Virus record (IMG/VR): IMGVR_UViG_2667528183_000003
Span: 1-64,000 of that record
Length of the DNA stretch: 64,000 nucleotides
Origin: a virus
Taxonomy: Duplodnaviria > Caudoviricetes
Strand: one strand, 5' to 3'
Shown here piece by piece: positions 63,274 to 64,000 of the stretch. Positions within the stretch are counted from its first letter, which is position 1; the number at the start of each line of letters is the position of its first letter. A program made the position numbers and the translations under genes. The notes below the pieces were generated by a model. That model ran no database searches and was not told the origin of the DNA. It was given only the letters and a program-made list of their open reading frames with translations.

Positions 63274-64000
63274 GCTGCCACCTCTTTCAACATTGAGGGA
63301 TGTACGGTGTGACGGGCCACTTCTCCGTGTTGGCGGTGAAGAACGATGGCCTTCATGTTCTGGCGCGATCTCCAGCCGCCGGCGTGGGCGTAACTGTCAC
63401 CTGGTGCCAGCGTATTGAAAGACTCGACTGTGCAGCCTGGGTACTCCTTTTTGCTTTCGTGGTGAATGTGGCCTGTCCACCAATAGCGATGTTCTGTATC
63501 CCCCCAGTCCTTGGCACGATCGGTGGCCATGACGCCTGGAAGCTTGTCAGCTTTGCTGGTGTGACCGTGGTGCATGCCGATCAAGTTGTTGCCCCAACGG
63601 TAATAGCTGAAAACGCTTGGCGAGGTTTCGACGGTGACACGCGGCTCATTGGCGTAGAGATGGGCAAACAGTCGGCTCAACCACACGGCACCGGTTTCGT
63701 CATGGTTGCCGATGACGTGCACGACGTGGACGCTCTTGTGCTTCGTCAGGGCCGACTCAACGCACTGGCGCATGGCTAGGATGAGGATGTCCACCATCTT
63801 TGCGTAGCGGCTGTCTGCGTCGAGGTGATGCCCACTGCGCGGGGTAATGGCTGCCATGGAGTCATAGTGCGCAGCATCACCGAGGTTCACGATGATTGCC
63901 GTCTCAGTTGCCGGCGCCGAATCTACCAATGAGGCCATGGCGGCGCAGTGAGTGCGCTCGGCGATGCTCAGGTCCCAGTCCTCCCCGCATTCCTCGGCCC
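63270..64000 (-). CDS. Calcineurin-like metallophosphoesterase (5' end outside the window)
   Basis: NLGD..H, IGNHD, HHGH and TGHIH motifs. Confidence 0.85.
   Translation of the reverse strand, partial: AEECGEDWDLSIAERTHCAAMASLVDSAPATETAIIVNLGDAAHYDSMAAITPRSGHHLDADSRYAKMVDILILAMRQCVESALTKHKSVHVVHVIGNHDETGAVWLSRLFAHLYANEPRVTVETSPSVFSYYRWGNNLIGMHHGHTSKADKLPGVMATDRAKDWGDTEHRYWWTGHIHHESKKEYPGCTVESFNTLAPGDSYAHAGGWRSRQNMKAIVLHRQHGEVARHTVHPSMLKEVAA

Larger units (their letters stand above)
35061..64000 (-). mobile_element. Q-regulated temperate myovirus prophage integrated at tRNA-Pro (late half; continues beyond the window)
   Basis: Q, holin, terminase, portal, scaffold, coat, sheath, tube, TMP, baseplate, fibre, GH19 lysin and spanins, ending at the tRNA fragment. 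Confidence 0.93.

Overview
The window holds two convergent prophages in what is probably a Pseudomonas chromosome (inferred from the tRNA-Pro fragment and the gene families). (1) From 1 to about 34972 (+) is a Mu-like transposable prophage with a contractile tail, running from ner, MuA and MuB through lysis, head and tail genes to a right end with three 18-bp repeats and a terminal CA. Its baseplate J gene is split by a 2641-bp IS21-family element with a 7-bp target duplication. (2) From 35061 to >64000 (-) is the late half of a Q-regulated, lambdoid-type myovirus prophage, bounded by a 47-bp 3' fragment of tRNA-Pro(GGG) that is probably the att core. It carries a P22 immI-like arc/mnt/ant/sar module. 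The most notable signal is RNA-level: two intact type II hammerhead ribozymes (6112-6176 and 7098-7164) in the Mu-like early operon. Each starts right after a stop codon, and together they bracket a two-gene, 987-nt cassette. Other structured elements are a CCA-ended tRNA-like RNA with complementary loops behind the late promoter of prophage 2, three GGAU-loop hairpins before its scaffold gene, a pseudoknot before its tail chaperone, three matching late-promoter boxes with start-occluding hairpins in the Mu-like phage, and a -1 frameshift site in each tail chaperone. All calls come from reading the sequence and recognising motifs; no database searches were run.
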